Shown: piece after piece, positions 12,901 through 26,484 of the stretch
Position numbering within the stretch: the first letter of the stretch is position 1
How the letters are laid out: every line of letters begins with the position of its first letter
Notes under the pieces: model-generated
What the model was told of the DNA's origin: nothing
What the model saw: the letters and a program-made list of their open reading frames with translations, nothing else
Database searches by the model: none
Program-made: the position numbers and the translations under genes
Assembly: GCA_051294905.1 (NCBI GenBank)
Contig: CM119371.1
Span: forward strand, 5,954,001 to 6,018,000
Direction: 5' to 3'
DNA: 64,000 nucleotides
DNA from: Botryllus schlosseri
Taxonomy: Eukaryota

Positions 12901-15900
12901 ATTTTCTCTTAAATTTCGTAACCTTCAAGGCTTCGCCTGATTGGTCGGACTGTTTTAAATATCAACAGCTTTGATTTTCTATTAAATTTCGTAACCTTCG
13001 AGGCTTCGTGTGATTGGTCGAACTGTTTTAAATATCAACAGCTTTGATTTTCTCTCAAATTTCGTAACTTTCGAGGCTTCGCCTGATTGGTCGGACTGTT
13101 TTAAATATCAACAGCTTTGATTTTCTCTTAAATTTCGTAACCTTCAAGGCTTCGCCTGATTGGTCGGACTGTTTTGAATATCAACAGCTTTGATTTTCTC
13201 TTAAATTTCGTAACCTTCAAGGCTTCGCCTGATTGGTCGGACTGTTTTAAATATCAACAGCTTTGATTTTCTATTAAATTTCGTAATTTTCAAGGCTTCC
13301 CCTGATTGGTCGGACTGTTTTAAATATCAACAGCTTTGATTTTCTCTTAAATTTCGTAACCTTCAAGGCTTCGCCTGATTGGTCGGACTGTTTTAAATAT
13401 CAACAGCTTTGATTTTCTCTTAAATTTCGTAACCTTCAAGGCTTCGCCTGATTGGTCGGACTGTTTTAAATATCAACAGCTTTGATTTTCTCTTAAATTT
13501 CGTAACCTTCAAGGCTTCGCCTGATTGGTCGGACTGTTTTAAATATCAACAGCTCTGATTTTCTATTAAATTTCGTAATTTTCAAGGCTTCGCCTGATTG
13601 GTCGGACTGTTTTAAATATCAACAGCTTTGATTTTCTCTTAAATTTCGTAACCTTCAAGGCTTCGCCTGATTGGTCGGACTGTTTTAAATATCAACAGCT
13701 TTGATTTTCTATTAAATTTCGTAACCTTCAAGGCTTCGCCTGATTGGTCAGACTGTTTTAAATATCAACAGCTTTGATTTTCTATTAAATTTCGTAATTT
13801 TCAAGGCTTCGCCTGATTGGTCGGACTGTTTTAAATATCAACAGCTTTGATTTTCTCTCAAATTTCGTAACCTTCGAGGCTTCGCCTGATTGGTCGGACT
13901 GTTTTAAATATCAACAGCTTTGATTTTCTCTTAAATTTCGTAACCTTCAAGGCTTCGCCTGATTGGTCGGACTGTTTTAAATATCAACAGCTTTGATTTT
14001 CTATTAAATTTCGTAATTTTCAAGGCTTCGCCTGATTGGTCGGACTGTTTTAAATATCAACAGCTTTGATTTTCTCTTAAATTTCGTAACCTTCAAGGCT
14101 TCGCCTGATTGGTCGGACTGTTCAAAATATCAACAACTTTGATTTTCTCTTAAATTTCGTAACCTTCAAGGCTTCGCCTGATTGGTCGGACTGTTCAAAA
14201 TATCAACAACTTTGATTTTCTCTTAAATTTCGTAACCTTCGAGGCTTCGTGTGATTGGTCGGACTGTTTTAAATATCAACAGCTTTGATTTTCTATTAAA
14301 TTTCGTAACCTTCGAGGCTTCGTGTGATTGGTCGGACTGTTTTAAATATCAACAGCTTTGATTTTCTCTTAAATTTCGTAACCTTCGAGGCTTCGTGTGA
14401 TTGGTCGGACTGTTTTAAATATCAACAGCTTTGATTTTCTCTCAAATTTCGTAACCTTCGAGGCTTCGCCTGATTGGTCGGACTGTTTTAAATATCAACA
14501 GCTTTGATTTTCTCTTAAATTTCGTAACCTTCAAGGCTTCGCCTGATTGGTCGGACTGTTTTAAATATCAACAGCTTTGATTTTCTATTAAATTTCGTAA
14601 TTTTCAAGGCTTCGCCTGATTGGTCGGACTGTTTTAAATATCAACAGCTTTGATTTTCTCTTAAATTTCGTAACCTTCAAGGCTTCGCCTGATTGGTCGG
14701 ACTGTTCAAAATATCAACAACTTTGATTTTCTCTTAAATTTCGTAACCTTCAAGGCTTCGCCTGATTGGTCGGACTGTTCAAAATATCAACAACTTTGAT
14801 TTTCTCTTAAATTTCGTAACCTTCGAGGCTTCGTGTGATTGGTCGGACTGTTTTAAATATCAACAGCTTTGATTTTCTATTAAATTTCGTAACCTTCGAG
14901 GCTTCGTGTGATTGGTCGGACTGTTTTAAATATCAACAGCTTTGATTTTCTCTTAAATTTCGTAACCTTCGAGGCTTCGTGTGATTGGTCGGACTGTTCA
15001 AAATATCAACAACTTTGATTTTCTCTTAAATTTCGTAACCTTCGAGGCTTCGTGTGATTGGTCGGACTGTTTTAAATATCAACAGCTTTGATTTTCTATT
15101 AAATTTCGTAACCTTCGAGGCTTCGTGTGATTGGTCGGACTGTTTTAAATATCAACAGCTTTGATTTTCTATTAAATTTCGTAACCTTCGAGGCTTCGTG
15201 TGATTGGTCGGACTGTTTTAAATATCAACAGCTTTGATTTTCTCTTAAATTTCGTAACCTTCGAGGCTTCGTGTGATTGGTCGGACTGTTCAAAATATCA
15301 ACAACTTTGATTTTCTCTTAAATTTCGTAACCTTCAAGGCTTCGCCTGATTGGTCGGACCGTTTTAAATATCAACAGCTTTGATTTTCTATTAAATTTCG
15401 TAACCTTCGAGGCTTCGTGTGATTGGTCGAACTGTTTTAAATATCAACAGCTTTGATTTTCTATTAAATTTCGTAACCTTCGAGGCTTCGTGTGATTGGT
15501 CGGACTGTTTTAAATATCAACAGCTTTGATTTTCTCTTAAATTTCGTAACCTTCGAGGCTTCGTGTGATTGGTCGGACTGTTCAAAATATCAACAACTTT
15601 GATTTTCTCTTAAATTTCGTAACCTTCAAGGCTTCGCCTGATTGGTCGGACCGTTTTAAATATCAACAGCTTTGATTTTCTCTTAAATTTCGTAACCTTC
15701 GAGGCTTCGTGTGATTGGTCGGACTGTTCAAAATATCAACAGCTTTGATTTTCTCTTAAATTTCGTAACCTTCAAGGCTTCGCCTGATTGGTCGGACCGT
15801 TTTAAATATCAACAGCTTTGATTTTCTATTAAGTTTCGTAACCTTCAAGGCTTCGCCTGATTGGTCGGACTGTTTTAAATATCAACAGCTTTGATTTTCT

Positions 15901-18900
15901 CTTAAATTTCGTAACCTTCAAGGCTTCGCCTGATTGGTCGGACCGTTTTAAATATCAACAGCTTTGATTTTCTATTAAGTTTCGTAACCTTCAAGGCTTC
16001 GCCTGATTGGTCGGACTGTTTTAAATATCAACAGCTTTGATTTTCTATTAAATTTCGTAACTTTCGAGCCATCGCCTGATTGGTCGGACTGTTCAAAATA
16101 TCAACAGCTTTGATTTTCTCTTAAAATTTCGTAACCTTCGAGGCTTCGTGTGATTGGTCGAACTGTTTTAAATATCAACAGCTTTGATTTTCTCTTAAAT
16201 TTCGTAACCTTCAAGGCTTCGCCTGATTGGTCGGACTGTTTTAAATATCAACAGCTTTGATTTTCTATTAAATTTTGTAACCTTCGAGGCTTCGCCTGAT
16301 TGGTCGGACTGTTTTAAATATCAACAGCTTTGATTTTCTATTAAATTTCGTAACCTTCAAGGCTTCGCCTGATTGGTCGGACTGTTCAAAATAACAACAA
16401 CTTTGATTTTCTCTTAAATTTCGTAACCTTCAAGGCTTCGCCTGATTGGTCGGACTGTTTTAAATATCAACAGCTTTGATTTTCTCTTAAATTTCGTAAC
16501 CTTCAAGGCTTCGCCTGATTGGTCGGACTGTTCAAAATATCAACAGCTTTGATTTTCTCTTAAATTTCGTAACTTTCGAGGCTTCGTGTGATTGGTCGGA
16601 CTGTTCAAAATATCAACAGCTTTGATTTTCTATTAAATTTCGTAACTTTCGAGCCATCGCCTGATTGGTCGGACTGTTCAAAATATCAACAGCTTTGATT
16701 TTCTCTTAAAATTTCGTAACCTTCGAGGCTTCGTGTGATTGGTCGAACTGTTTTAAATATCAACAGCTTTGATTTTCTCTTAAATTTCGTAACCTTCAAG
16801 GCTTCGCCTGATTGGTCGGACTGTTTTAAATATCAACAGCTTTGATTTTCTATTAAATTTCGTAACCTTCAAGGCTTCGCCTGATTGGTCGGACTGTTTT
16901 AAATATCAACAGCTTTGATTTTCTCTTAAATTTCGTAACCTTCAAGGCTTCGCCTGATTGGTCGGACTGTTTTAAATATCAACAGCTTTGATTTTCTCTT
17001 AAATTTCGTAACCTTCAAGGCTTCGCCTGATTGGTCGGACTGTTTTAAATATCAACAGCTTTGATTTTCTATTAAATTTCGTAACCTTCAAGGCTTCGCC
17101 TGATTGGTCGGACTGTTTTAAATATCAACAGCTTTGATTTTCTCTTAAATTTCGTAACCTTCAAGGCTTCGCCTGATTGGTCGGACTGTTTTAAATATCA
17201 ACAGCTTTGATTTTCTCTTAAATTTCGTAACCTTCAAGGCTTCGCCTGATTGGTCGGACTGTTTTAAATATCAACAGCTTTGATTTTCTCTTAAATTTCG
17301 TAACCTTCAAGGCTTCGCCTGATTGGTCGGACTGTTTTAAATATCAACAGCTTTGATTTTCTCTTAAATTTCGTAACCTTCAAGGCTTCGCCTGATTGGT
17401 CGGACTGTTTTAAATATCAACAGCTTTGATTTTCTATTAAATTTCGTAACCTTCAAGGCTTCGCCTGATTGGTCGGACTGTTCAAAATAACAACAACTTT
17501 GATTTTCTCTTAAATTTCGTAACTTTCAAGGCTTCGCCTGATTGGTCGGACTGTTTTAAATATCAACAGCTTTGATTTTCTCTTAAATTTCGTAACCTTC
17601 AAGGCTTCGCCTGATTGGTCGGACTGTTCAAAATATCAACAGCTTTGATTTTCTCTTAAATTTCGTAACTTTCGAGGCTTCGCCTGATTGGTCGGACTGT
17701 TCAAAATATCAACAGCTTTGATTTTCTATTAAATTTCGTAACTTTCGAGCCATCGCCTGATTGGTCGGACTGTTCAAAATATCAACAGCTTTGATTTTCT
17801 CTTAAAATTTCGTAACCTTCGAGGCTTCGTGTGATTGGTCGAACTGTTTTAAATATCAACAGCTTTGATTTTCTCTTAAATTTCGTAACCTTCAAGGCTT
17901 CGCCTGATTGGTCGGACTGTTTTAAATATCAACAGCTTTGATTTTCTATTAAATTTCGTAACCTTCAAGGCTTCGCCTGATTGGTCGGACTGTTTTAAAT
18001 ATCAACAGCTTTGATTTTCTATTAAATTTTGTAACCTTCGAGGCTTCGCCTGATTGGTCGGACTGTTCAAAATATCAACAGCTTTGATTTTCTCTTAAAT
18101 TTCGTAACCTTCAAGGCTTCGCCTGATTGGTCGGACCGTTTTAAATATCAACAGCTTTGATTTTCTATTAAGTTTCGTAACCTTCAAGGCTTCGCCTGAT
18201 TGGTCGGACTGTTTTAAATATCAACAGCTTTGATTTTCTATTAAATTTCGTAACTATCGATCCATCGCCTGATTGGTCGGACTGTTCAAAATAACAACAG
18301 CTTTGATTTTCTCTTAAAATTTCGTAACCTTCGAGGCTTCGTGTGATTGGTCGAACTGTTTTAAATATCAACAGCTTTGATTTTCTCTTAAATTTCGTAA
18401 CCTTCAAGGCTTCGCCTGATTGGTCGGACTGTTTTAAATATCAACAGCTTTGATTTTCTCTTAAATTTCGTAACCTTCAAGGCTTCGCCTGATTGGTCGG
18501 ACTGTTTTAAATATCAACAGCTTTGATTTTCTATTAAATTTCGTAACTTTCGAGCCATCGCCTGATTGGTCGGACTGTTCAAAATATCAACAGCTTTGAT
18601 TTTCTCTTAAAATTTCGTAACCTTCGAGGCTTCGTGTGATTGGTCGAACTGTTTTAAATATCAACAGCTTTGATTTTCTCTTAAATTTCGTAACCTTCAA
18701 GGCTTCGCCTGATTGGTCGGACTGTTTTAAATATCAACAGCTTTGATTTTCTATTAAATTTTGTAACCTTCGAGGCTTCGCCTGATTGGTCGGACTGTTT
18801 TAAATATCAACAGCTTTGATTTTCTATTAAATTTCGTAACCTTCAAGGCTTCGCCTGATTGGTCGGACTGTTCAAAATAACAACAACTTTGATTTTCTCT

Positions 18901-21900
18901 TAAATTTCGTAACCTTCAAGGCTTCGCCTGATTGGTCGGACTGTTTTAAATATCAACAGCTTTGATTTTCTCTTAAATTTCGTAACCTTCAAGGCTTCGC
19001 CTGATTGGTCGGACTGTTCAAAATATCAACAGCTTTGATTTTCTCTTAAATTTCGTAACTTTCGAGGCTTCGTGTGATTGGTCGGACTGTTCAAAATATC
19101 AACAGCTTTGATTTTCTATTAAATTTCGTAACTTTCGAGCCATCGCCTGATTGGTCGGACTGTTCAAAATATCAACAGCTTTGATTTTCTCTTAAAATTT
19201 CGTAACCTTCGAGGCTTCGTGTGATTGGTCGAACTGTTTTAAATATCAACAGCTTTGATTTTCTCTTAAATTTCGTAACCTTCAAGGCTTCGCCTGATTG
19301 GTCGGACTGTTTTAAATATCAACAGCTTTGATTTTCTCTTAAATTTCGTAACCTTCAAGGCTTCGCCTGATTGGTCGGACTGTTTTAAATATCAACAGCT
19401 TTGATTTTCTCTTAAATTTCGTAACCTTCAAGGCTTCGCCTGATTGGTCGGACTGTTTTAAATATCAACAGCTTTGATTTTCTATTAAATTTCGTAACCT
19501 TCAAGGCTTCGCCTGATTGGTCGGACTGTTTTAAATATCAACAGCTTTGATTTTCTCTTAAATTTCGTAACCTTCAAGGCTTCGCCTGATTGGTCGGACT
19601 GTTTTAAATATCAACAGCTTTGATTTTCTCTTAAATTTCGTAACCTTCAAGGCTTCGCCTGATTGGTCGGACTGTTTTAAATATCAACAGCTTTGATTTT
19701 CTCTTAAATTTCGTAACCTTCAAGGCTTCGCCTGATTGGTCGAACTGTTTTAAATATCAACAGCTTTGATTTTCTCTTAAATTTCGTAACCTTCAAGGCT
19801 TCGCCTGATTGGTCGGACTGTTTTAAATATCAACAGCTTTGATTTTCTATTAAATTTTGTAACCTTCGAGGCTTCGCCTGATTGGTCGGACTGTTTTAAA
19901 TATCAACAGCTTTGATTTTCTATTAAATTTCGTAACCTTCAAGGCTTCGCCTGATTGGTCGGACTGTTCAAAATAACAACAACTTTGATTTTCTCTTAAA
20001 TTTCGTAACCTTCAAGGCTTCGCCTGATTGGTCGGACTGTTTTAAATATCAACAGCTTTGATTTTCTCTTAAATTTCGTAACCTTCAAGGCTTCGCCTGA
20101 TTGGTCGGACTGTTCAAAATATCAACAGCTTTGATTTTCTCTTAAATTTCGTAACTTTCGAGGCTTCGTGTGATTGGTCGGACTGTTCAAAATATCAACA
20201 GCTTTGATTTTCTCTTAAATTTCGTAACTTTCGAGGCTTCGCCTGATTGGTCGGACTGTTCAAAATATCAACAGCTTTGATTTTCTCTTAAAATTTCGTA
20301 ACCTTCGAGGCTTCGTGTGATTGGTCGAACTGTTTTAAATATCAACAGCTTTGATTTTCTCTTAAATTTCGTAACCTTCAAGGCTTCGCCTGATTGGTCG
20401 GACTGTTTTAAATATCAACAGCTTTGATTTTCTATTAAATTTCGTAACCTTCAAGGCTTCGCCTGATTGGTCGGACTGTTTTAAATATCAACAGCTTTGA
20501 TTTTCTCTTAAATTTCGTAACCTTCAAGGCTTCGCCTGATTGGTCGGACTGTTCAAAATATCAACAGCTTTGATTTTCTCTTAAATTTCGTAACTTTCAA
20601 GGCTTCGCCTGATTGGTCGGACTGTTCAAAATATCAACAGCTTTGATTTTCTCTTAAATTTCATAACTTTCGAGGCTTCGTGTGATTGGTCGGACTGTTC
20701 AAAATATCAACAGCTTTGATTTTCTCTTAAATTTCGTAACCTTCGAGTCATCTCCTGATTGGTCGGACTGTCCAAAATATCAACAGCTTTGATTTTCTCT
20801 TAAATTTCGTAACCTTCGAGTCATCTCCTGATTGGTCGGACTGTTCAAAATATCAACAGCTTTGATTTTCTCTTAAATTTCGTAACCTTCGAGTCATCTC
20901 CTGATTGGTCGGACTGTCCAAAATATCAACAGCTTTGATTTTCTCTTAAATTTCGTAACCTTCAAGGCTTCGCCTGATTGGTCGGACTGTTCAAAATATC
21001 AACAGCTTTGATTTTCTCTTAAATTTCGTAACTTTCAAGGCTTCGCCTGATTGGTCGGACTGTTCAAAATATCAACAGCTTTGATTTTCTCTTAAATTTC
21101 ATAACTTTCGAGGCTTCGTGTGATTGGTCGGACTGTTCAAAATATCAACAGCTTTGATTTTCTCTTAAATTTCGTAACCTTCGAGTCATCTCCTGATTGG
21201 TCGGACTGTCCAAAATATCAACAGCTTTGATTTTCTCTTAAATTTCGTAACCTTCAAGGCTTCGCCTGATTGGTCGGACTGTTCAAAATATCAACAGCTT
21301 TGATTTTCTCTTAAATTTCGTAACCTTCAAGGCTTCGCCTGATTGGTCGGACTGTTCAAAATATCAACAGCTTTGATTTTCTCTTAAATTTCGTAACTTT
21401 CAAGGCTTCGCCTGATTGGTCGGACTGTTCAAAATATCAACAGCTTTGATTTTCTCTTAAATTTCGTAACCTTCAAGGCTTCGCCTGATTGGTCGGACTG
21501 TTCAAAATATCAACAGCTTTGATTTTCTCTTAAATTTCGTAACCTTCAAGGCTTCGCCTGATTGGTCGGACTGTTCAAAATATCAACAGCTTTGATTTTC
21601 TCTTAAATTTCGTAACTTTCAAGGCTTCGCCTGATTGGTCGGACTGTTCAAAATATCAACAGCTTTGATTTTCTCTTAAATTTCGTAACCTTCAAGGCTT
21701 CGCCTGATTGGTCGGACTGTTCAAAATATCAACAGCTTTGATTTTCTCTTAAATTTCGTAACCTTCAAGGCTTCGCCTGATTGGTCGGACTGTTCAAAAT
21801 ATCAACAGCTTTGATTTTCTCTTAAATTTCGTAACTTTCAAGGCTTCGCCTGATTGGTCGGACTGTTCAAAATATCAACAGCTTTGATTTTCTCTTAAAT

Positions 21901-24900
21901 TTCATAACTTTCGAGGCTTCGTGTGATTGGTCGGACTGTTCAAAATATCAACAGCTTTGATTTTCTCTTAAATTTCGTAACCTTCGAGTCATCTCCTGAT
22001 TGGTCGGACTGTCCAAAATATCAACAGCTTTGATTTTCTCTTAAATTTCGTAACCTTCGAGTCATCTCCTGATTGGTCGGACTGTTCAAAATATCAACAG
22101 CTTTGATTTTCTCTTAAATTTCGTAACCTTCGAGTCATCTCCTGATTGGTCGGACTGTCCAAAATATCAACAGCTTTGATTTTCTCTTAAATTTCGTAAC
22201 CTTCGAGTCATCTCCTGATTGGTCGGACTGTTCAAAATATCAACAGCTTTGATTTTCTCTTAAATTTCGTAACCTTCGAGTCATCTCCTGATTGGTCGGA
22301 CTGTCCAAAATATCAACAGCTTTGATTTTCTCTTAAATTTCGTAACCTTCAAGGCTTCGCCTGATTGGTCGGACTGTTCAAAATATCAACAGCTTTGATT
22401 TTCTCTTAAATTTCGTAACTTTCAAGGCTTCGCCTGATTGGTCGGACTGTTCAAAATATCAACAGCTTTGATTTTCTCTTAAATTTCATAACTTTCGAGG
22501 CTTCGTGTGATTGGTCGGACTGTTCAAAATATCAACAGCTTTGATTTTCTCTTAAATTTCGTAACCTTCGAGTCATCTCCTGATTGGTCGGACTGTCCAA
22601 AATATCAACAGCTTTGATTTTCTCTTAAATTTCGTAACCTTCAAGGCTTCGCCTGATTGGTCGGACTGTTCAAAATATCAACAGCTTTGATTTTCTCTTA
22701 AATTTCGTAACCTTCAAGGCTTCGCCTGATTGGTCGGACTGTTCAAAATATCAACAGCTTTGATTTTCTCTTAAATTTCGTAACTTTCAAGGCTTCGCCT
22801 GATTGGTCGGACTGTTCAAAATATCAACAGCTTTGATTTTCTCTTAAATTTCGTAACCTTCAAGGCTTCGCCTGATTGGTCGGACTGTTCAAAATATCAA
22901 CAGCTTTGATTTTCTCTTAAATTTCGTAACCTTCAAGGCTTCGCCTGATTGGTCGGACTGTTCAAAATATCAACAGCTTTGATTTTCTCTTAAATTTCGT
23001 AACTTTCAAGGCTTCGCCTGATTGGTCGGACTGTTCAAAATATCAACAGCTTTGATTTTCTCTTAAATTTCATAACTTTCGAGGCTTCGTGTGATTGGTC
23101 GGACTGTTCAAAATATCAACAGCTTTGATTTTCTCTTAAATTTCGTAACCTTCGAGTCATCTCCTGATTGGTCGGACTGTCCAAAATATCAACAGCTTTG
23201 ATTTTCTCTTAAATTTCGTAACCTTCGAGTCATCTCCTGATTGGTCGGACTGTTCAAAATATCAACAGCTTTGATTTTCTCTTAAATTTCGTAACCTTCG
23301 AGTCATCTCCTGATTGGTCGGACTGTCCAAAATATCAACAGCTTTGATTTTCTCTTAAATTTCGTAACCTTCAAGGCTTCGCCTGATTGGTCGGACTGTT
23401 CAAAATATCAACAGCTTTGATTTTCTCTTAAATTTCGTAACTTTCAAGGCTTCGCCTGATTGGTCGGACTGTTCAAAATATCAACAGCTTTGATTTTCTC
23501 TTAAATTTCATAACTTTCGAGGCTTCGTGTGATTGGTCGGACTGTTCAAAATATCAACAGCTTTGATTTTCTCTTAAATTTCGTAACCTTCGAGTCATCT
23601 CCTGATTGGTCGGACTGTCCAAAATATCAACAGCTTTGATTTTCTCTTAAATTTCGTAACCTTCAAGGCTTCGCCTGATTGGTCGGACTGTTCAAAATAT
23701 CAACAGCTTTGATTTTCTCTTAAATTTCGTAACCTTCAAGGCTTCGCCTGATTGGTCGGACTGTTCAAAATATCAACAGCTTTGATTTTCTCTTAAATTT
23801 CGTAACCTTCGAGTCATCTCCTGATTGGTCGGACTGTCCAAAATATCAACAGCTTTGATTTTCTCTTAAATTTCGTAACCTTCGAGTCATCTCCTGATTG
23901 GTCGGACTGTTCAAAATATCAACAGCTTTGATTTTCTCTTAAATTTCGTAACCTTCGAGTCATCTCCTGATTGGTCGGACTGTCCAAAATATCAACAGCT
24001 TTGATTTTCTCTTAAATTTCGTAACCTTCAAGGCTTCGCCTGATTGGTCGGACTGTTCAAAATATCAACAGCTTTGATTTTCTCTTAAATTTCGTAACTT
24101 TCAAGGCTTCGCCTGATTGGTCGGACTGTTCAAAATATCAACAGCTTTGATTTTCTCTTAAATTTCATAACTTTCGAGGCTTCGTGTGATTGGTCGGACT
24201 GTTCAAAATATCAACAGCTTTGATTTTCTCTTAAATTTCGTAACCTTCGAGTCATCTCCTGATTGGTCGGACTGTTCAAAATATCAACAGCTTTGATTTT
24301 CTCTTAAATTTCGTAACCTTCGAGTCATCTCCTGATTGGTCGGACTGTCCAAAATATCAACAGCTTTGATTTTCTCTTAAATTTCGTAACCTTCAAGGCT
24401 TCGCCTGATTGGTCGGACTGTTCAAAATATCAACAGCTTTGATTTTCTCTTAAATTTCGTAACTTTCAAGGCTTCGCCTGATTGGTCGGACTGTTCAAAA
24501 TATCAACAGCTTTGATTTTCTCTTAAATTTCATAACTTTCGAGGCTTCGTGTGATTGGTCGGACTGTTCAAAATATCAACAGCTTTGATTTTCTCTTAAA
24601 TTTCGTAACCTTCGAGTCATCTCCTGATTGGTCGGACTGTCCAAAATATCAACAGCTTTGATTTTCTCTTAAATTTCGTAACCTTCAAGGCTTCGCCTGA
24701 TTGGTCGGACTGTTCAAAATATCAACAGCTTTGATTTTCTCTTAAATTTCGTAACTTTCAAGGCTTCGCCTGATTGGTCGGACTGTTCAAAATATCAACA
24801 GCTTTGATTTTCTCTTAAATTTCATAACTTTCGAGGCTTCGTGTGATTGGTCGGACTGTTCAAAATATCAACAGCTTTGATTTTCTCTTAAATTTCGTAA

Positions 24901-25753
24901 CCTTCGAGTCATCTCCTGATTGGTCGGACTGTCCAAAATATCAACAGCTTTGATTTTCTCTTAAATTTCGTAACCTTCAAGGCTTCGCCTGATTGGTCGG
25001 ACTGTTCAAAATATCAACAGCTTTGATTTTCTCTTAAATTTCGTAACCTTCAAGGCTTCGCCTGATTGGTCGGACTGTTCAAAATATCAACAGCTTTGAT
25101 TTTCTCTTAAATTTCGTAACTTTCAAGGCTTCGCCTGATTGGTCGGACTGTTCAAAATATCAACAGCTTTGATTTTCTCTTAAATTTCGTAACCTTCGAG
25201 TCATCTCCTGATTGGTCGGACTGTCCAAAATATCAACAGCTTTGATTTTCTCTTAAATTTCGTAACCTTCAAGGCTTCGCCTGATTGGTCGGACTGTTCA
25301 AAATATCAACAGCTTTGATTTTCTCTTAAATTTCGTAACCTTCAAGGCTTCGCCTGATTGGTCGGACTGTTCAAAATATCAACAGCTTTGATTTTCTCTT
25401 AAATTTCGTAACTTTCAAGGCTTCGCCTGATTGGTCGGACTGTTCAAAATATCAACAGCTTTGATTTTCTCTTAAATTTCATAACTTTCGAGGCTTCGTG
25501 TGATTGGTCGGACTGTTCAAAATATCAACAGCTTTGATTTTCTCTTAAATTTCGTAACCTTCGAGTCATCTCCTGATTGGTCGGACTGTCCAAAATATCA
25601 ACAGCTTTGATTTTATCTTAAATTTCGTAACCTTCGAGTCATCTCCTGATTGGTCGGACTGTCCAAAATATCAACAGCTTTGATTTTATCTTAAATTTCG
25701 TAACCTTCGAGGCTTCAACTGATTGGTCGGCCTGTTCAAAATATCAACAGCTT
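3941..25753. repeat. 73-bp tandem satellite array, ~21.8 kb, ~299 copies
   Basis: Consensus AAATTTCGTAACCTTCAAGGCTTCGCCTGATTGGTCGGACTGTTTTAAATATCAACAGCTTTGATTTTCT(C/A)TT. Period 73 measured directly (taac at 4021 and 4094). Occasional 72- and 74-bp units; no interruptions seen. Confidence 0.99.
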
Positions 25754-26484
25754 ATGGTTATGCCCAGGTCCGAGTTACTGTGATACAGGGGCTACTACAC
25801 CCATGACAATTTCACTGATATAAGTGATCAAATATTTCTATTCTTTAAAATGCAAATTGTTTTGGCTTAAAAAACGTGTGAACTAGAAGTGGGATTAGGC
25901 TAACCTAAAACATAAATACTAGAGTAAGTATTGCAAGTAGGCAAAACCTGCTTCAGTACTCTTAAAAAATAGAAGCACTTGGATACTTGACCACCTGTAA
26001 CTATGATCAATAATATGACGGTTGATAGTACTTCGGTATGCCTCTTCTTTGGTCATTTTCCAGTAAATTTATCCTTTCACCTCCACTTTTCTGGTCGAAT
26101 TATGTAAATGATAGGAATATGAAACATTATATGCTTCATTTTCTTTCAAGAAAATCTGACTATCTTGTCACTTTCGAGAAATTTGATCAAGAACTTGAAC
26201 AGTCTGGTGAGTGATTTTGTGATTGAGTTGTGAGGTATAGTCTCTTCATATGGAGTTGCGTCTCGTGTATAGGAAGCGGTCGGTTACACTCTGAAGGAAC
26301 TGTGGATCTCGTACAACAACATTGAAAAACTGAAAGGCGTTCACGTGCTCAAGAAACTAGAGGTAAGCTTTCGACTAATTTGAGCAAAATCGCAGTAATG
26401 TAATTTTCATCGAACTTGTGAAATGTTTCTTAGCTCTCATTTCAATTCAAATATCATTTCTGGTTTTCCTGAAATTGCTACAGG

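Noticed and set aside
3941..25753. CRISPR-like array or coding repeat (ORF 18168-18407)
   Set aside because: Head-to-tail monomers with no unique spacers; 73 is not a multiple of 3 and frames hit stops within about 1-3 units; eukaryotic context.
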